NCBI GenBank assembly: GCA_963726745.1
Contig: CAVSDR010000003.1
Coordinates: 608,001 to 672,000, forward strand
Length of the DNA: 64,000 nt
Direction: 5' to 3'
From: an uncultured Verrucomicrobiae bacterium
GTDB lineage: Bacteria; Verrucomicrobiota; Verrucomicrobiia; Chthoniobacterales; UBA10450
The position numbers were made by a program, and so were the translations under genes. The notes below the pieces were generated by a model that saw nothing but the letters and a program-made list of their open reading frames with translations, was not told where the DNA came from and did not search any database. Positions 11,779 through 23,905 of the stretch are shown one piece after another. Position 1 is the first letter of the stretch; each line of letters begins with the position of its first letter.

Positions 11779-12003
11779 CTAGGCTTTGCGTCCGCCCGCG
11801 AGCACCATCACGATGCCCCCGGCGATGCAGAGCCCGCCCACGATCGGGCCGACGGGAACCGGGTGGCTATTTTCCTTGTTGATCTCCAGCGGCCCGAGCT
11901 TGGCCACGTTTTCTTTCGTGGTGAAGCTGGTGTAGCCGCCGTAGGCCAGCAGGACGATGCCGACCGCGATAAGGATGATGCCAACGATGCCTGCAGGTTT
12001 CAT
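11779..12003 (-). CDS. Small two-TM membrane protein (DUF3185-like)
   Basis: GIILIAVGIVLLAYGG...KLGPLEI...PVGPIVGGLCIAGGIVMVL pattern. Confidence 0.75.
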   Translation of the reverse strand: MKPAGIVGIILIAVGIVLLAYGGYTSFTTKENVAKLGPLEINKENSHPVPVGPIVGGLCIAGGIVMVLAGGRKA

Positions 12004-12021
12004 CTCAACGCGGGAGTCGAA

Positions 12022-12171
12022 CTACAAGGTCCGGCGACCCTGGATCAAATTGATGATCAGGATCACGACCGCGATCACGAGCAGAATGTGGATGAAGCCG
12101 CCGAGGGTATACGAACTAACGAGTCCGAGCAGCCAAAGCACGAGGAGGATAACGAAGATAGTCCAGAGCAT
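12022..12171 (-). CDS. lmo0937-family small membrane protein (49 aa; not in the ORF track)
   Basis: Manual translation MLWTIFVILLVLWLLGLVSSYTLGGFIHILLVIAVVILIINLIQGRRTL. Confidence 0.9.
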   Translation of the reverse strand: MLWTIFVILLVLWLLGLVSSYTLGGFIHILLVIAVVILIINLIQGRRTL

Positions 12172-12358
12172 ATTAGGTTCCTTTTGGTTGGTTTAACTGA
12201 TTCATCGTCTGCGGAGGCGGCGGTGCGCTTATGCGTCGCACACTTTGACTTTTTTCGGCTCCTCGACGCTGGGGCGAATTATGGAGTTTCCAAACAATTT
12301 CGCTAGCCGCGAGGCTGCAAAGCGCCTAGAACCATTCACGTTTTCCATCCCCAAATCT

Positions 12359-15023
<2,665 letters not shown>

Positions 15024-15026
15024 CGT

Positions 15027-16082
15027 TTACGGCGTCCGGTCGAGCCCGAGCGGCATGGTCAGCGGCGACGCGATCACCGGCGGCTGTTGCGCCGCAGGAT
15101 GGAATCCGGCCTCCACCGTGAAGGTCAGCTTCTCGTTCCCGCGCATGACCGTGATCGGCACTTTCTCCCCGGCGGTGATGAAGAACGACGCGTCGATCAC
15201 GTCTTCGGGCTGGTGCACTTTTTTGTCGCCTACCTGCAGGAGAACGTCGCCGGTTTGCGCGCCAGAATCCGCCGCCGGCGTACCTGGCATGATGTCGGTA
15301 AATTTTGCCCGTGAACCTTCCACTTCGTTCTCGGACTCGGCCACGTTGATCCCGACCCAGCCGTGACGCACCTCGCCGAAGCGGACGAAATCGCTCCGGA
15401 TTTTCTCCGCGGCATCGATCGGCAAGGCGTAACAGGCGGCGCCGTTATCCACGCTGCTCACAAGAATGCCGACGACTTCGCCCTTGAGATTCAAGAGCGG
15501 TGCGCCCGCCTCGCCCCGTTGCGTCGAGAGATTCACTCGCAGATGCGTGGTCGAAAAGTAGCGGCCGAGAAATTTTCGGTCGAGCCCGGCGATCATGCCG
15601 AAGCTGGGGGTCTTTGGCAGGTCGAGCGGAAAGCCGATGGTCATTACCGGTGTGGTCACCGCGAGATCGCCAGACTTGCCGATCGGCAGCGCCGGCGACG
15701 GCAGGTCGACCTTTAAAAGCGCGATGCCGCTGCGGCGATCGGCCATGACCATGCGCGCAGGCACTTCCTTGCCGTCCATCTCGACGGTAAAATCGTACGC
15801 GTCCGCGCCGACCGAGTAGGCCGTGAAGAGTGTGCCCGTGGGATCGATGAAGAAGCCGGTCCCGGCCAGCTTTCCGTGGTCGTCGAAGGCGCGGATCTTC
15901 ACCACCGCCTTCGCGGAACGCTCAAAAACCTCGCGGACCTCGCGACTGATGGCGCTGGCTGACTGCTCCTGCCCTAACGAGTGGTCGGGCAGGCCCAGGG
16001 CAACAAGCGCACTGATGGTGGCCGCGAGAAGCCACCGGCCAGGGCGAACGCCGCTGCTTTTAGAAGCGGAGCGCTGCCTCAT
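15027..16082 (-). CDS. Trypsin-like (HtrA) fold plus PDZ protein lacking the catalytic triad
   Basis: GTGFFID, TAYSV, SGIALLKV, RGEAGAPLLNLKGEVVGI, then HGWVGI and a PDZ domain. Confidence 0.85.
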   Translation of the reverse strand: MRQRSASKSSGVRPGRWLLAATISALVALGLPDHSLGQEQSASAISREVREVFERSAKAVVKIRAFDDHGKLAGTGFFIDPTGTLFTAYSVGADAYDFTVEMDGKEVPARMVMADRRSGIALLKVDLPSPALPIGKSGDLAVTTPVMTIGFPLDLPKTPSFGMIAGLDRKFLGRYFSTTHLRVNLSTQRGEAGAPLLNLKGEVVGILVSSVDNGAACYALPIDAAEKIRSDFVRFGEVRHGWVGINVAESENEVEGSRAKFTDIMPGTPAADSGAQTGDVLLQVGDKKVHQPEDVIDASFFITAGEKVPITVMRGNEKLTFTVEAGFHPAAQQPPVIASPLTMPLGLDRTP

Positions 16083-16584
16083 AGCTCACCGGAGTGCTAT
16101 CAAGGACGTAGCGCGGAGTAGCCGTGACCCGTCCCTGCATCTGCGCAGTGGGATAAGGCAGGCGGAAAGACTTGGCATCGAGCGCACGCGTGGTCACCGG
16201 GCGGGAGAGACTCCAGCCAGCGGGTTCATTCTCCACCGAAGCCACGGCGGAAACCGGCACCACGCTTTGTTCCAAGGTGGTGGACGTCCCGGCGATCGAA
16301 GGCGAAGTCTGCGGCGAGCGCGCCACATTCAAGGAAAGCACGGCCGCGCACACCAGGACAGCGGCCGCGGCCACGGGATAGGAAGTGAGCGACGGCAAAG
16401 TCGGTTGCAGGATGAACTCCTGCACGCGCTCCAATAGCACCCGCCAGGCGGGCTGGCGCAGGAGCTCGGCGCGCTGGCGCCGGTGAAACTCGCTCAAAAA
16501 ATCGTCGAAGTACCCGGGAGGCGGTTGCTCGTGCCGTTTAAAACGCAGCAGCTTTCCGATTTCGTTGTCGTCAAATTGATCCAT
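16060..16584 (-). CDS. Putative anti-sigma factor (single TM)
   Basis: Directly downstream of the ECF sigma gene; N-terminal LLRFKRHEQPPPGYFDDFLSEFHRRQR, central TM helix. Confidence 0.65.
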   Translation of the reverse strand: MDQFDDNEIGKLLRFKRHEQPPPGYFDDFLSEFHRRQRAELLRQPAWRVLLERVQEFILQPTLPSLTSYPVAAAAVLVCAAVLSLNVARSPQTSPSIAGTSTTLEQSVVPVSAVASVENEPAGWSLSRPVTTRALDAKSFRLPYPTAQMQGRVTATPRYVLDSTPVSYEAALRF

Positions 16585-16595
16585 GCAGCAGTCGT

Positions 16596-17306
16596 TTACG
16601 AGACGGGGTTCTTCCGGAATTCCTCCAGATAATTTTGCAGTTGGCGGTTCGCGTAGAAGAGACGGGAACGTACGGTTCCTTCGGAGACACGCAAGATCTT
16701 GCTGATCTCTGCATGCGGCATTCCCTGAATGTGAAACATCGTAACCACGGCCCTGTGTTCATCAGACAGCTTCATCATCGCCTCGTTCAATCTAAGCTGC
16801 AGCTCCGAGAGATCGGCCTCGCGCACCGGGCTGCTCGATTGCGTCAGCTCGAGGAACTCCTTGTCGTTTTGCACGCTGGAGTCGACGTCATCGAGGCTCA
16901 GGTTGAAACGCCGCCCGCGTTTCTTGAGGAAATTCAGCGTCATGTTCACTGCGATCGAGTGGATCCAGGTGTAGAACGATGACTTCCCGCGGAAGCCGCG
17001 GATGGACTTGAAGGCTTTCGCAAAGACGTCCTGCAGGAGGTCGTTCGTGTCCTCGTGGTTCGAGGTCATGTTATAGACCAGGCCGTAGAGTCGCGGCGAG
17101 TATTTGACCACCAGATCGTCAAACGCAGCCACGTCGCCTTCCTGAGTTCGGGCGACGAGCTGTTGGTCCTCGTCCGGTCTGCGCTGCTCCATCGCGTGTT
17201 TTTTAGCCTTAACACGCGTGGGCAGGCCGGACGACAATAAATCGGAAATGCGCCGTGCCGGTGGCAAAGCGATCGCGAGGCCCATCTTGGAATCAGTCGG
17301 CGCCAC
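16596..17306 (-). CDS. ECF-subfamily sigma-70 factor (RpoE-like)
   Basis: AFDDLV, DLLQDVF, FRGKSSFYTWIHSIAVN and EISKIL..SEGTVRSRLFYA motifs (regions 2 and 4). Confidence 0.93.
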   Translation of the reverse strand: MAPTDSKMGLAIALPPARRISDLLSSGLPTRVKAKKHAMEQRRPDEDQQLVARTQEGDVAAFDDLVVKYSPRLYGLVYNMTSNHEDTNDLLQDVFAKAFKSIRGFRGKSSFYTWIHSIAVNMTLNFLKKRGRRFNLSLDDVDSSVQNDKEFLELTQSSSPVREADLSELQLRLNEAMMKLSDEHRAVVTMFHIQGMPHAEISKILRVSEGTVRSRLFYANRQLQNYLEEFRKNPVS

Positions 17307-17309
17307 TCG

Positions 17310-18008
17310 TTAACGCCGGTCGCGCACAGACAGGAGGTAAAGTAAATTTCCGAGCGTCGCCACGAACGCAGCCACGTAAGTGAGCGCGGCCGCATTCAGC
17401 ACCTTGTTCACGCCCGCTACTTCCTGGCCTGGCTGGACCATCCCCATCTGCGAAAGGATGATCTTCGCGCGCCGCGACGCGTCGAACTCCACCGGCAGGG
17501 TGATGAGCTGGAAGGCGAGCAGCACCATGTAGCAGTAGATGCCGAGCGTGATCAGCCCGGTGATGTGAAAGATGAAGCCGCCGAAAATCACAAACGGCAA
17601 CATGCGCGAGGCGATCGAGGTCACCGGCACGATCGCCATGCGCCACTTCAAGGGCGCGTAAGCTTTCGCATGCTGGATCGCGTGGCCGCTTTCATGCGCC
17701 GCAATCCCGAGCGCCGCGACCGATGGCGTGTTGTAAACGCCCGAGGAAAGGCAAAGCCGTTTGCTCGTCGGATCGTAATGGTCGCCGAGGTAATCGTTCG
17801 TCTCCACCACGTCGACATCGTGGATCTGCGCCGCGGTCAGAATCTCGCGCGCCGCTTCCGCGCCGGTGACGTTTGAGGACGCGCGCACTTCGCCCCATTT
17901 CTTGAAGGCGCTGCTCACGCGCCACTGCGCCCACAAGGCGATAATCAACGGGAGTCCGACGAGCAGAAGCCAGTTCGAACCAAATCCAAAACCGTAGGTA
18001 GGGTACAT
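17310..18008 (-). CDS. YugP-like neutral zinc metallopeptidase (membrane)
   Basis: DHYDP, AAHESGHAIQH, ITLPVEFDASRRA and LNAAALTYVAA motifs. Confidence 0.93.
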   Translation of the reverse strand: MYPTYGFGFGSNWLLLVGLPLIIALWAQWRVSSAFKKWGEVRASSNVTGAEAAREILTAAQIHDVDVVETNDYLGDHYDPTSKRLCLSSGVYNTPSVAALGIAAHESGHAIQHAKAYAPLKWRMAIVPVTSIASRMLPFVIFGGFIFHITGLITLGIYCYMVLLAFQLITLPVEFDASRRAKIILSQMGMVQPGQEVAGVNKVLNAAALTYVAAFVATLGNLLYLLSVRDRR

Positions 18009-18095
18009 AGTTCTCTTTTAAGGGTACGCTTCTTAGACGCCGAACGATGCCGGGCGTTCATTAAGAACCTGCAATATACGCGGTGGAGGCGCTGG

Positions 18096-19232
18096 CTAAA
18101 TCTCCAGGCGCTTCTCGAACTTCGAGATCAAGCGATTCCCGTTTTCAGTCACCACGGCCACATCCTCGATCCGCACACCGCCCAGCCCCGGATAATACAA
18201 CCCCGGTTCCACCGTGATCACCTGCCCCGGCTTGAAGCTCGTTTTCTGAAAGCGCGGGATCTCGTGAATCTCCAGCCCGAGCCCATGCCCGGTGCCATGG
18301 AAAAAGCCCACTTGCTTGCCGTCGCGCACCTCCGTGGGGTAACCGCGATCGGTGAAGAGTTGCTTCACCTCCAGGTGCACCGCGAGGCCATCGGCGCCGG
18401 GCTTCATTTTCTTCAAAGCCAGCGCCTGCCCTTCGCGCACCGTTTCCCAGAGCTTTCGCTGTTCGTCGCTCGCGCTCCCGCGCACCACCGTGCGGGTCAT
18501 GTCGCCGTAGTAACCGCTCGCCGCGTCGCGCGGGAAGATGTCGAGAATGATCAACGAATCCGCGAGGAGCGGGCCAGAGCCGCGCTCGTGCGGATCGCAC
18601 GCCTGGTCGCCGCCGGCCACGATCGTGCCCGCGGGCAAGCCGCCCGCGCGCAAGACCGCGGAGTCAATTTCCGCGCGCAGAATCTCCGAAGTGAGCACGC
18701 GCCCGAACCAATCGAGCCGCTTGTTCCGCCGCGCCTTGCAGGCCGCGAGCACCTCGATCGCGCGCGCCATTCCCTGCTCCGTGATCGAAAGCGCGCGCCG
18801 CATCAGGCGCAATTCGTCGTCTGTTTTTGTTTCGCGCTCCGGGAAGAAGAGACCGCTGACGGTTTTCACGCGGATGCCCGCGCGCGCCAGCTCCTCGGCG
18901 TAGCCTAACGAGAAATTAGCCGGCACGATCGCGGACTTCACCCCGCGCTTCTGGAGGAAATGCGTGAGCACTTTCTCGTAGGCTGGGGCGCGCTTCGCCG
19001 ACCCCTGCACTTCGCGCTCGAACTCGCTGTAGGCAACAATCTCATCCGCCTGCGCCTGCTTCTTCCCGCGGTCGATCTCGAGATCGCTCAAGACCACCGT
19101 GCGCTTCCCGTTTTGCTCCAGAAAGATGAACGGATCCGGCACAAACATGCGCGTCGCGTAGAGCATGTCGGGATCGTGCTCGCTCGAAGCGACGATCAGG
19201 CGGGTGGGAGATTTCTCGGATTTCTTGCTCAC
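18096..19232 (-). CDS. Xaa-Pro aminopeptidase, M24 family
   Basis: DIFPR, YYGDMTRT, FFHGTGHGLGLEIHE, VITVEPGLY and GGVRIED motifs. Confidence 0.93.
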   Translation of the reverse strand: MSKKSEKSPTRLIVASSEHDPDMLYATRMFVPDPFIFLEQNGKRTVVLSDLEIDRGKKQAQADEIVAYSEFEREVQGSAKRAPAYEKVLTHFLQKRGVKSAIVPANFSLGYAEELARAGIRVKTVSGLFFPERETKTDDELRLMRRALSITEQGMARAIEVLAACKARRNKRLDWFGRVLTSEILRAEIDSAVLRAGGLPAGTIVAGGDQACDPHERGSGPLLADSLIILDIFPRDAASGYYGDMTRTVVRGSASDEQRKLWETVREGQALALKKMKPGADGLAVHLEVKQLFTDRGYPTEVRDGKQVGFFHGTGHGLGLEIHEIPRFQKTSFKPGQVITVEPGLYYPGLGGVRIEDVAVVTENGNRLISKFEKRLEI

Positions 19233-19263
19233 GCGCTACGCTTAGCCGGGAAGCAATCGCTTG

Positions 19264-22200
19264 TCACCCCCGCCGCACTTCCAGCTGGCGGCGGAGGATC
19301 CAGAGGAGCAGGCCGAGGAGCGCAAGCGAGGAGGTGACCAGGACCATGGTGTTGAAGGTAAAGACGCTCACTTTCATCCCGAGGTAGCGTTTCTCCGCGC
19401 CGAAAAAGACGTTCGGCTTCCCGCCACGGCGGTAGTCGTTTTGCTCGATCTCGGCGTTCGAGATCAGGTCGGAAATCTTCTGGTTGATGTAGAGCTGCTC
19501 TGCGGTGATCTCGCCGCTGGCGTTCCGAAAATCGCTCCGCTGGAAAGGCCGTTTTCCGGCCACCACGCGATCGATCACGTCGAGGTAGCGGTCGACTTCT
19601 TTCGGCGTTTTCGCTTCGAGGCCGGAAAGGATCGCGAGGATTTCCTTCAGATCGTTCAAGCGCGCGGCGGTCTCCGGCGTCTTCGCCGCGGGCGCGAGGC
19701 GACGGATCTCGGCGTTTACTTTTTCCTGGCGCCGGGTGAGCGGATTCAGCTTCGCCTGCGCCACGATGATCTCCTCGTAGGACCAGCGCATGCCGATGAA
19801 CTGGCAGACGAACGGCACCTTGAGCTTGCTGTCCATTTTCTTGCTCTGCTCCTCGCTCGGATGCTCCGCGAACCAGCGGCTCATGGAATGGACGAAACCC
19901 AGGTTGCGATTCATGTCCTCGAATTTCAGGAGCGCCCCGCTCATCAAAATCTGCGGAATCAAGATCAACGGCACCACGTTGGCCGCGCTCTTGGCATTCG
20001 CGACTAACGAGGAGACGACCAGGCCAAGCGAGAGGCTGCTGATCGCGGTCAGGAACATGAGCCCGAGGTGAATCCAAAACATCCCGCGGACCTCGAGGAT
20101 CCAATTCCCGATGAGGACAAAGAGAGTGCACTGCACGAGCGCGAAGACCGCGAGCGAGGTGATCTTCGCGAGCACGTAATAGGGCAGGCGGATGTTGAGA
20201 TTCCGCTCGCGCTCCAGGACCGCGCGATCGGAAACGATGTCGTCCACGCTGTTGGTTAACGAGAGGAACATCGCCACCAGCAGCCCGAGAAATAGATACA
20301 TCGGGATGTGATAAGCGGAGGCGAAGTCGTAGGCGCCGCTGTCGGAATAGTGCAGGAGCGTGGCGATCAGGAGCGCGAGCAACGGCGCCGCGCCGATCGT
20401 GATCCGGAGGTTGCCGCGATTGCGCAGCTTGCTGATAAACGCGCGCTTCATCAGCGTGCGCAGTTGGGTCCACTCATCATGCCAGCGGATCTGCGTGCGG
20501 CGCTCTTTTTTAGGCGGCGCTTTCGGCAGCGGCACCGCCGGTTCGCGTCGCAGCGAGATCTGCTTCACGTCCTGGATCAGGCGGAAGGCCTCGTATTTAT
20601 CGCGCCAGAATTCCGGCGAGTAACGCCGCGCCGGGACGAGCTGCCCGCGGTTGTTCTCCTCGTAAATGACGTCGCCGCTGATGTCGCGCAGCGGCGTTTC
20701 GAGGACGTCGAAGATGAATTCCGGCCGCGTCGTCCCGCAGGACGGACACGCGCCCAGGTCGGCGCCGAATTGATGCTGATGCTCCGCTTCCGCGAAGTAG
20801 CGCAGCATGTCCGTGGGCGTGCCGAAGAAGACCAGGCGGCCGCCTTTGTCGAACAGGATCGCCTTGTGAAACATCTGGAAAAGTTTCGAGCTCGGCTGGT
20901 GGATCGTGACCACGATGATCTTGTTGTGCGCCATCCCGCGGATGATCTCGATCACGTGCTCGCTGTCCTTCGAGGAGAGGCCGCTGGTCGGCTCGTCGAA
21001 GAGGTAAACGTCGGCGTTGCCGATCATATCCAGGCCGATGTTGAGCCGCTTCCGCTCGCCGCCGCTGAGGGTTTTTTTCACCGGGCTGCCGACCACGCTG
21101 TCGCGCCGCTCGCTCAAGCCGAGCTCGACCAATTTGCTCTCTAATCGCCGCGTGCGATCGCGCCGCGAGAGATGCGGCGAGCGGATCGCGGCCGCGAACT
21201 GGAGGTTCTCGCCGATGGTCAGGTTCTCGTCGAAGGCGTCCTCCTGCGGAATGTAGGAGACGTAGCGCTTGAGATCGTCGAGGTGATCGTAGAGCGACTC
21301 GTCGTTGAGCAGCACCTTGCCGCTGGTCGCTTGCAACTGGCCACCGAGCACCTTTAGCAGCGTGCTCTTGCCCGAGCCGCTCGCGCCCATCACGCAAACG
21401 AGCTCGCCGCGATTGATCGCAAAGGAAATGCCCTCGAGCGCGATCTCGCCGTTGCCGAAACGGTGGTTCACATCCGTGACCTCGAGGCTGCGGATGATGT
21501 TCCGCTCCTCCTCGATGATTCGCTCGGAGAAATTGCACCGGAGGAACTGGCCGGTGTCGATCCGGATGGTCTCGCCATCCTTCAACGGCGCCGTCCCGCG
21601 CACGGCCACATCGCCGACCATGATCGGGCGGTCGGCTTCGATCACTTCCAGCGTGCCGACGCGTTCGTCGTAATCGCAGAGAATCTTCAGGAGGACATCG
21701 CCGCTGGTGCCCGGAGACAGCAGGATGTCGTCCTCCTCCAGCAGGCTGGGATTATTCGAGACGAGGTATTCCGACTTCGAGGCCTTGAGCTGGAAGCGGC
21801 CGCCCATGGCGCGCGCGCGCCGGCGGAGATCGATCAAGTCCATCTCGCTGTCGTTATGGAAAACGATCCGGTCATCGAGCGTGGCCTCGACCACCGTGCC
21901 CGACGAAAGGCGGACGCCATTGATCACCGCGTCGACATCGCGCAGCGCTTTCACGCGGACCTTCAAGCCGAAAGTGATCTCGAGAGAACTGTCGCGCGAT
22001 TTCGAGCGCTCGAGCTGCACCTCCTCGGCATCCTTCGGCACACGCACGTAGATCTGCGGGAGGGAGACGTTCTTCTTCGCGTTAAAATAGGCAGCAAGCT
22101 CTTGATACGTGAGCACGTGGTCGCCCACGAGGATGCGCTGTCCGGGATAGATCCGGCAAAAGCCCCCGCGCGGCAGCGGCCGACCGCGCACGGAGACCGA

Positions 22201-22893
22201 CTGCGCGCTGTAATTCTTCAGCAGGATGAGATCGTGATAGCGGAAGGCCAGCAGGCGGTCGCTCGCTTCCAGCGTTTTCAAACGGACGTCAAAAGTCCCA
22301 CTGGCGCCGAACGAAAGCGACTCCAGCGGCGAAGCGCCGCGCTGGTAGATCGAAGCGTCAGAATCCTCGGACGCGTTGAGCTGATAGACGATGTCGATCG
22401 CCTGCGCCGCCATCCCGAGCTGCGACATGAAGGAGTAAAACGCGACCACCTGCTCCTGCTTCAGGCCGGCCTGCGAGATCAGGTCGTAGAGCTGCACCCC
22501 GAGCATGATCTTGCGATCGGCGCTCAATTGGTTGGCTAATTTCTGCGCCATCGCCCCGAGATCCTGCTGCTCGTAGAGCGCCTGGCGGAAAAGCTGCCGC
22601 AACTCGGAATAGACCGCTTCCGGATAATCGTAACGGAGGAAGCCTAACGAGCTGTCGATTTCCTCCTCGAGCAGGACGCCGTCGGCCTTGGAAAAGCCGG
22701 CCAGCACCTGGATGAGCAGCGGGAGGAGATTCGGCGCCTCGGCCACGCTCCGCGGTTTGCGCAGCGCGCGCCGCACCCAGCGCCGGCCCTGGCGTTGCAC
22801 CCGGTAGGCAAACGGCGTCACGCGCTGCACCGCGCGATCGATCCGATCGGCCAGGCTCGGCGGGGAGGGTGGAGCGGGTGCGGGTTCAGCCAT
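19264..22893 (-). CDS. Large fused ABC transporter (N-terminal accessory domains, NBD, ABC-2/ABCG-type permease)
   Basis: Walker A GASGSGKST, signature LSGGERKR, FDEPTSGL, TIHQPS and C-terminal TM helices. Probable start ATG 22893. Confidence 0.9.
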   Translation of the reverse strand: MAEPAPAPPSPPSLADRIDRAVQRVTPFAYRVQRQGRRWVRRALRKPRSVAEAPNLLPLLIQVLAGFSKADGVLLEEEIDSSLGFLRYDYPEAVYSELRQLFRQALYEQQDLGAMAQKLANQLSADRKIMLGVQLYDLISQAGLKQEQVVAFYSFMSQLGMAAQAIDIVYQLNASEDSDASIYQRGASPLESLSFGASGTFDVRLKTLEASDRLLAFRYHDLILLKNYSAQSVSVRGRPLPRGGFCRIYPGQRILVGDHVLTYQELAAYFNAKKNVSLPQIYVRVPKDAEEVQLERSKSRDSSLEITFGLKVRVKALRDVDAVINGVRLSSGTVVEATLDDRIVFHNDSEMDLIDLRRRARAMGGRFQLKASKSEYLVSNNPSLLEEDDILLSPGTSGDVLLKILCDYDERVGTLEVIEADRPIMVGDVAVRGTAPLKDGETIRIDTGQFLRCNFSERIIEEERNIIRSLEVTDVNHRFGNGEIALEGISFAINRGELVCVMGASGSGKSTLLKVLGGQLQATSGKVLLNDESLYDHLDDLKRYVSYIPQEDAFDENLTIGENLQFAAAIRSPHLSRRDRTRRLESKLVELGLSERRDSVVGSPVKKTLSGGERKRLNIGLDMIGNADVYLFDEPTSGLSSKDSEHVIEIIRGMAHNKIIVVTIHQPSSKLFQMFHKAILFDKGGRLVFFGTPTDMLRYFAEAEHQHQFGADLGACPSCGTTRPEFIFDVLETPLRDISGDVIYEENNRGQLVPARRYSPEFWRDKYEAFRLIQDVKQISLRREPAVPLPKAPPKKERRTQIRWHDEWTQLRTLMKRAFISKLRNRGNLRITIGAAPLLALLIATLLHYSDSGAYDFASAYHIPMYLFLGLLVAMFLSLTNSVDDIVSDRAVLERERNLNIRLPYYVLAKITSLAVFALVQCTLFVLIGNWILEVRGMFWIHLGLMFLTAISSLSLGLVVSSLVANAKSAANVVPLILIPQILMSGALLKFEDMNRNLGFVHSMSRWFAEHPSEEQSKKMDSKLKVPFVCQFIGMRWSYEEIIVAQAKLNPLTRRQEKVNAEIRRLAPAAKTPETAARLNDLKEILAILSGLEAKTPKEVDRYLDVIDRVVAGKRPFQRSDFRNASGEITAEQLYINQKISDLISNAEIEQNDYRRGGKPNVFFGAEKRYLGMKVSVFTFNTMVLVTSSLALLGLLLWILRRQLEVRRG

Positions 22894-23035
22894 GTTAGCC
22901 AGTTTGTAGGCTAATTCCTTGGTGCCCCGCACGCAATGCGGGGCCCGGCTCGCACTGGCTCTTCCACCTGCTCGCGAAACTTCTGCTCTCCTGTTGGTGA
23001 ACTGGGGAAGAGCCGGGCGCGCTCCCCACCCGCTC

Positions 23036-23905
23036 CTACTTCTTCTTGAAGAAATCGTCGAAGGTGGAGCCGCGCGGCGTGGCCGCCGCGCCCGGCAGTG
23101 GCGTCGCGTTCGGCGCAGCCACCGGTCCCGCTCCGGCCGCGCCCGTCGTGACAAAGGCCATCGCCTCCGCGAAGACCTCCGCCGGCGCCCATTGATGCCC
23201 GCCGTTGAACTCAAAGACCTTCAGCCGCTGGCGCGGGAAGAGCGCCTGCATCTGGGCAGCTTCGCCCTTGTTCTGGTCGGAGTTACCCATCGTCAGCGCG
23301 ATCCGCAGTTGGGCGTTTCGCCTCAGCTCGGCGATCTGGTACTGCCCATTCTTCTGCGCGGCGCCCGCCGCTTGCAGGATCAATCCCCCGAAACCCGGCC
23401 GCAGTTGCACAAAAACCGAGCTGCCGCGCGCCCCGCCCGATTGGCCCGTCGCATACTTCCGTCCTTCCGCGATCCGCAGCCGCTTGACCACGTCGTCATG
23501 CGCCGCGAGAAAATTTCCCACGATCGGCTCCCACGGTCCATTCTTCGCCTCCCCCAGCATCACGACCACGAACCCATTCGCCTTCAGCCAGGGCGCCATC
23601 GGCCCCATGGTCGCGTTGCCCCCGGCCGACATGATGAACAGGCACGGCCAACGCTTGCTCGCGTCGCTGTTGTAGCCTTTCGGAAGCCAGAGCTTGTAAT
23701 GGTAAGTGCCCCGGGCATCGTCCGCCTCCTTCTGCTTCTCGAAGACCGGCACCTGCGACGCCCGCGGAGCCTCCGTCAGCTCGCAGGTAATCGTCGTCTC
23801 CGTCTCCTCCGGGAGCGACTGATTGAGCGGCGTCCCCTCCGCCCGGAGAAACTGTGCCCCGAGAAAACAGCTACTGGCCGCCAGCATGGCGAAAACGAAC
23901 TTCAT
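23036..23905 (-). CDS. Secreted alpha/beta hydrolase-like protein
   Basis: Signal peptide, LWLPKGY...WPCLFI, nucleophile motif GQSGG and C-terminal GGH. Confidence 0.7.
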   Translation of the reverse strand: MKFVFAMLAASSCFLGAQFLRAEGTPLNQSLPEETETTITCELTEAPRASQVPVFEKQKEADDARGTYHYKLWLPKGYNSDASKRWPCLFIMSAGGNATMGPMAPWLKANGFVVVMLGEAKNGPWEPIVGNFLAAHDDVVKRLRIAEGRKYATGQSGGARGSSVFVQLRPGFGGLILQAAGAAQKNGQYQIAELRRNAQLRIALTMGNSDQNKGEAAQMQALFPRQRLKVFEFNGGHQWAPAEVFAEAMAFVTTGAAGAGPVAAPNATPLPGAAATPRGSTFDDFFKKK

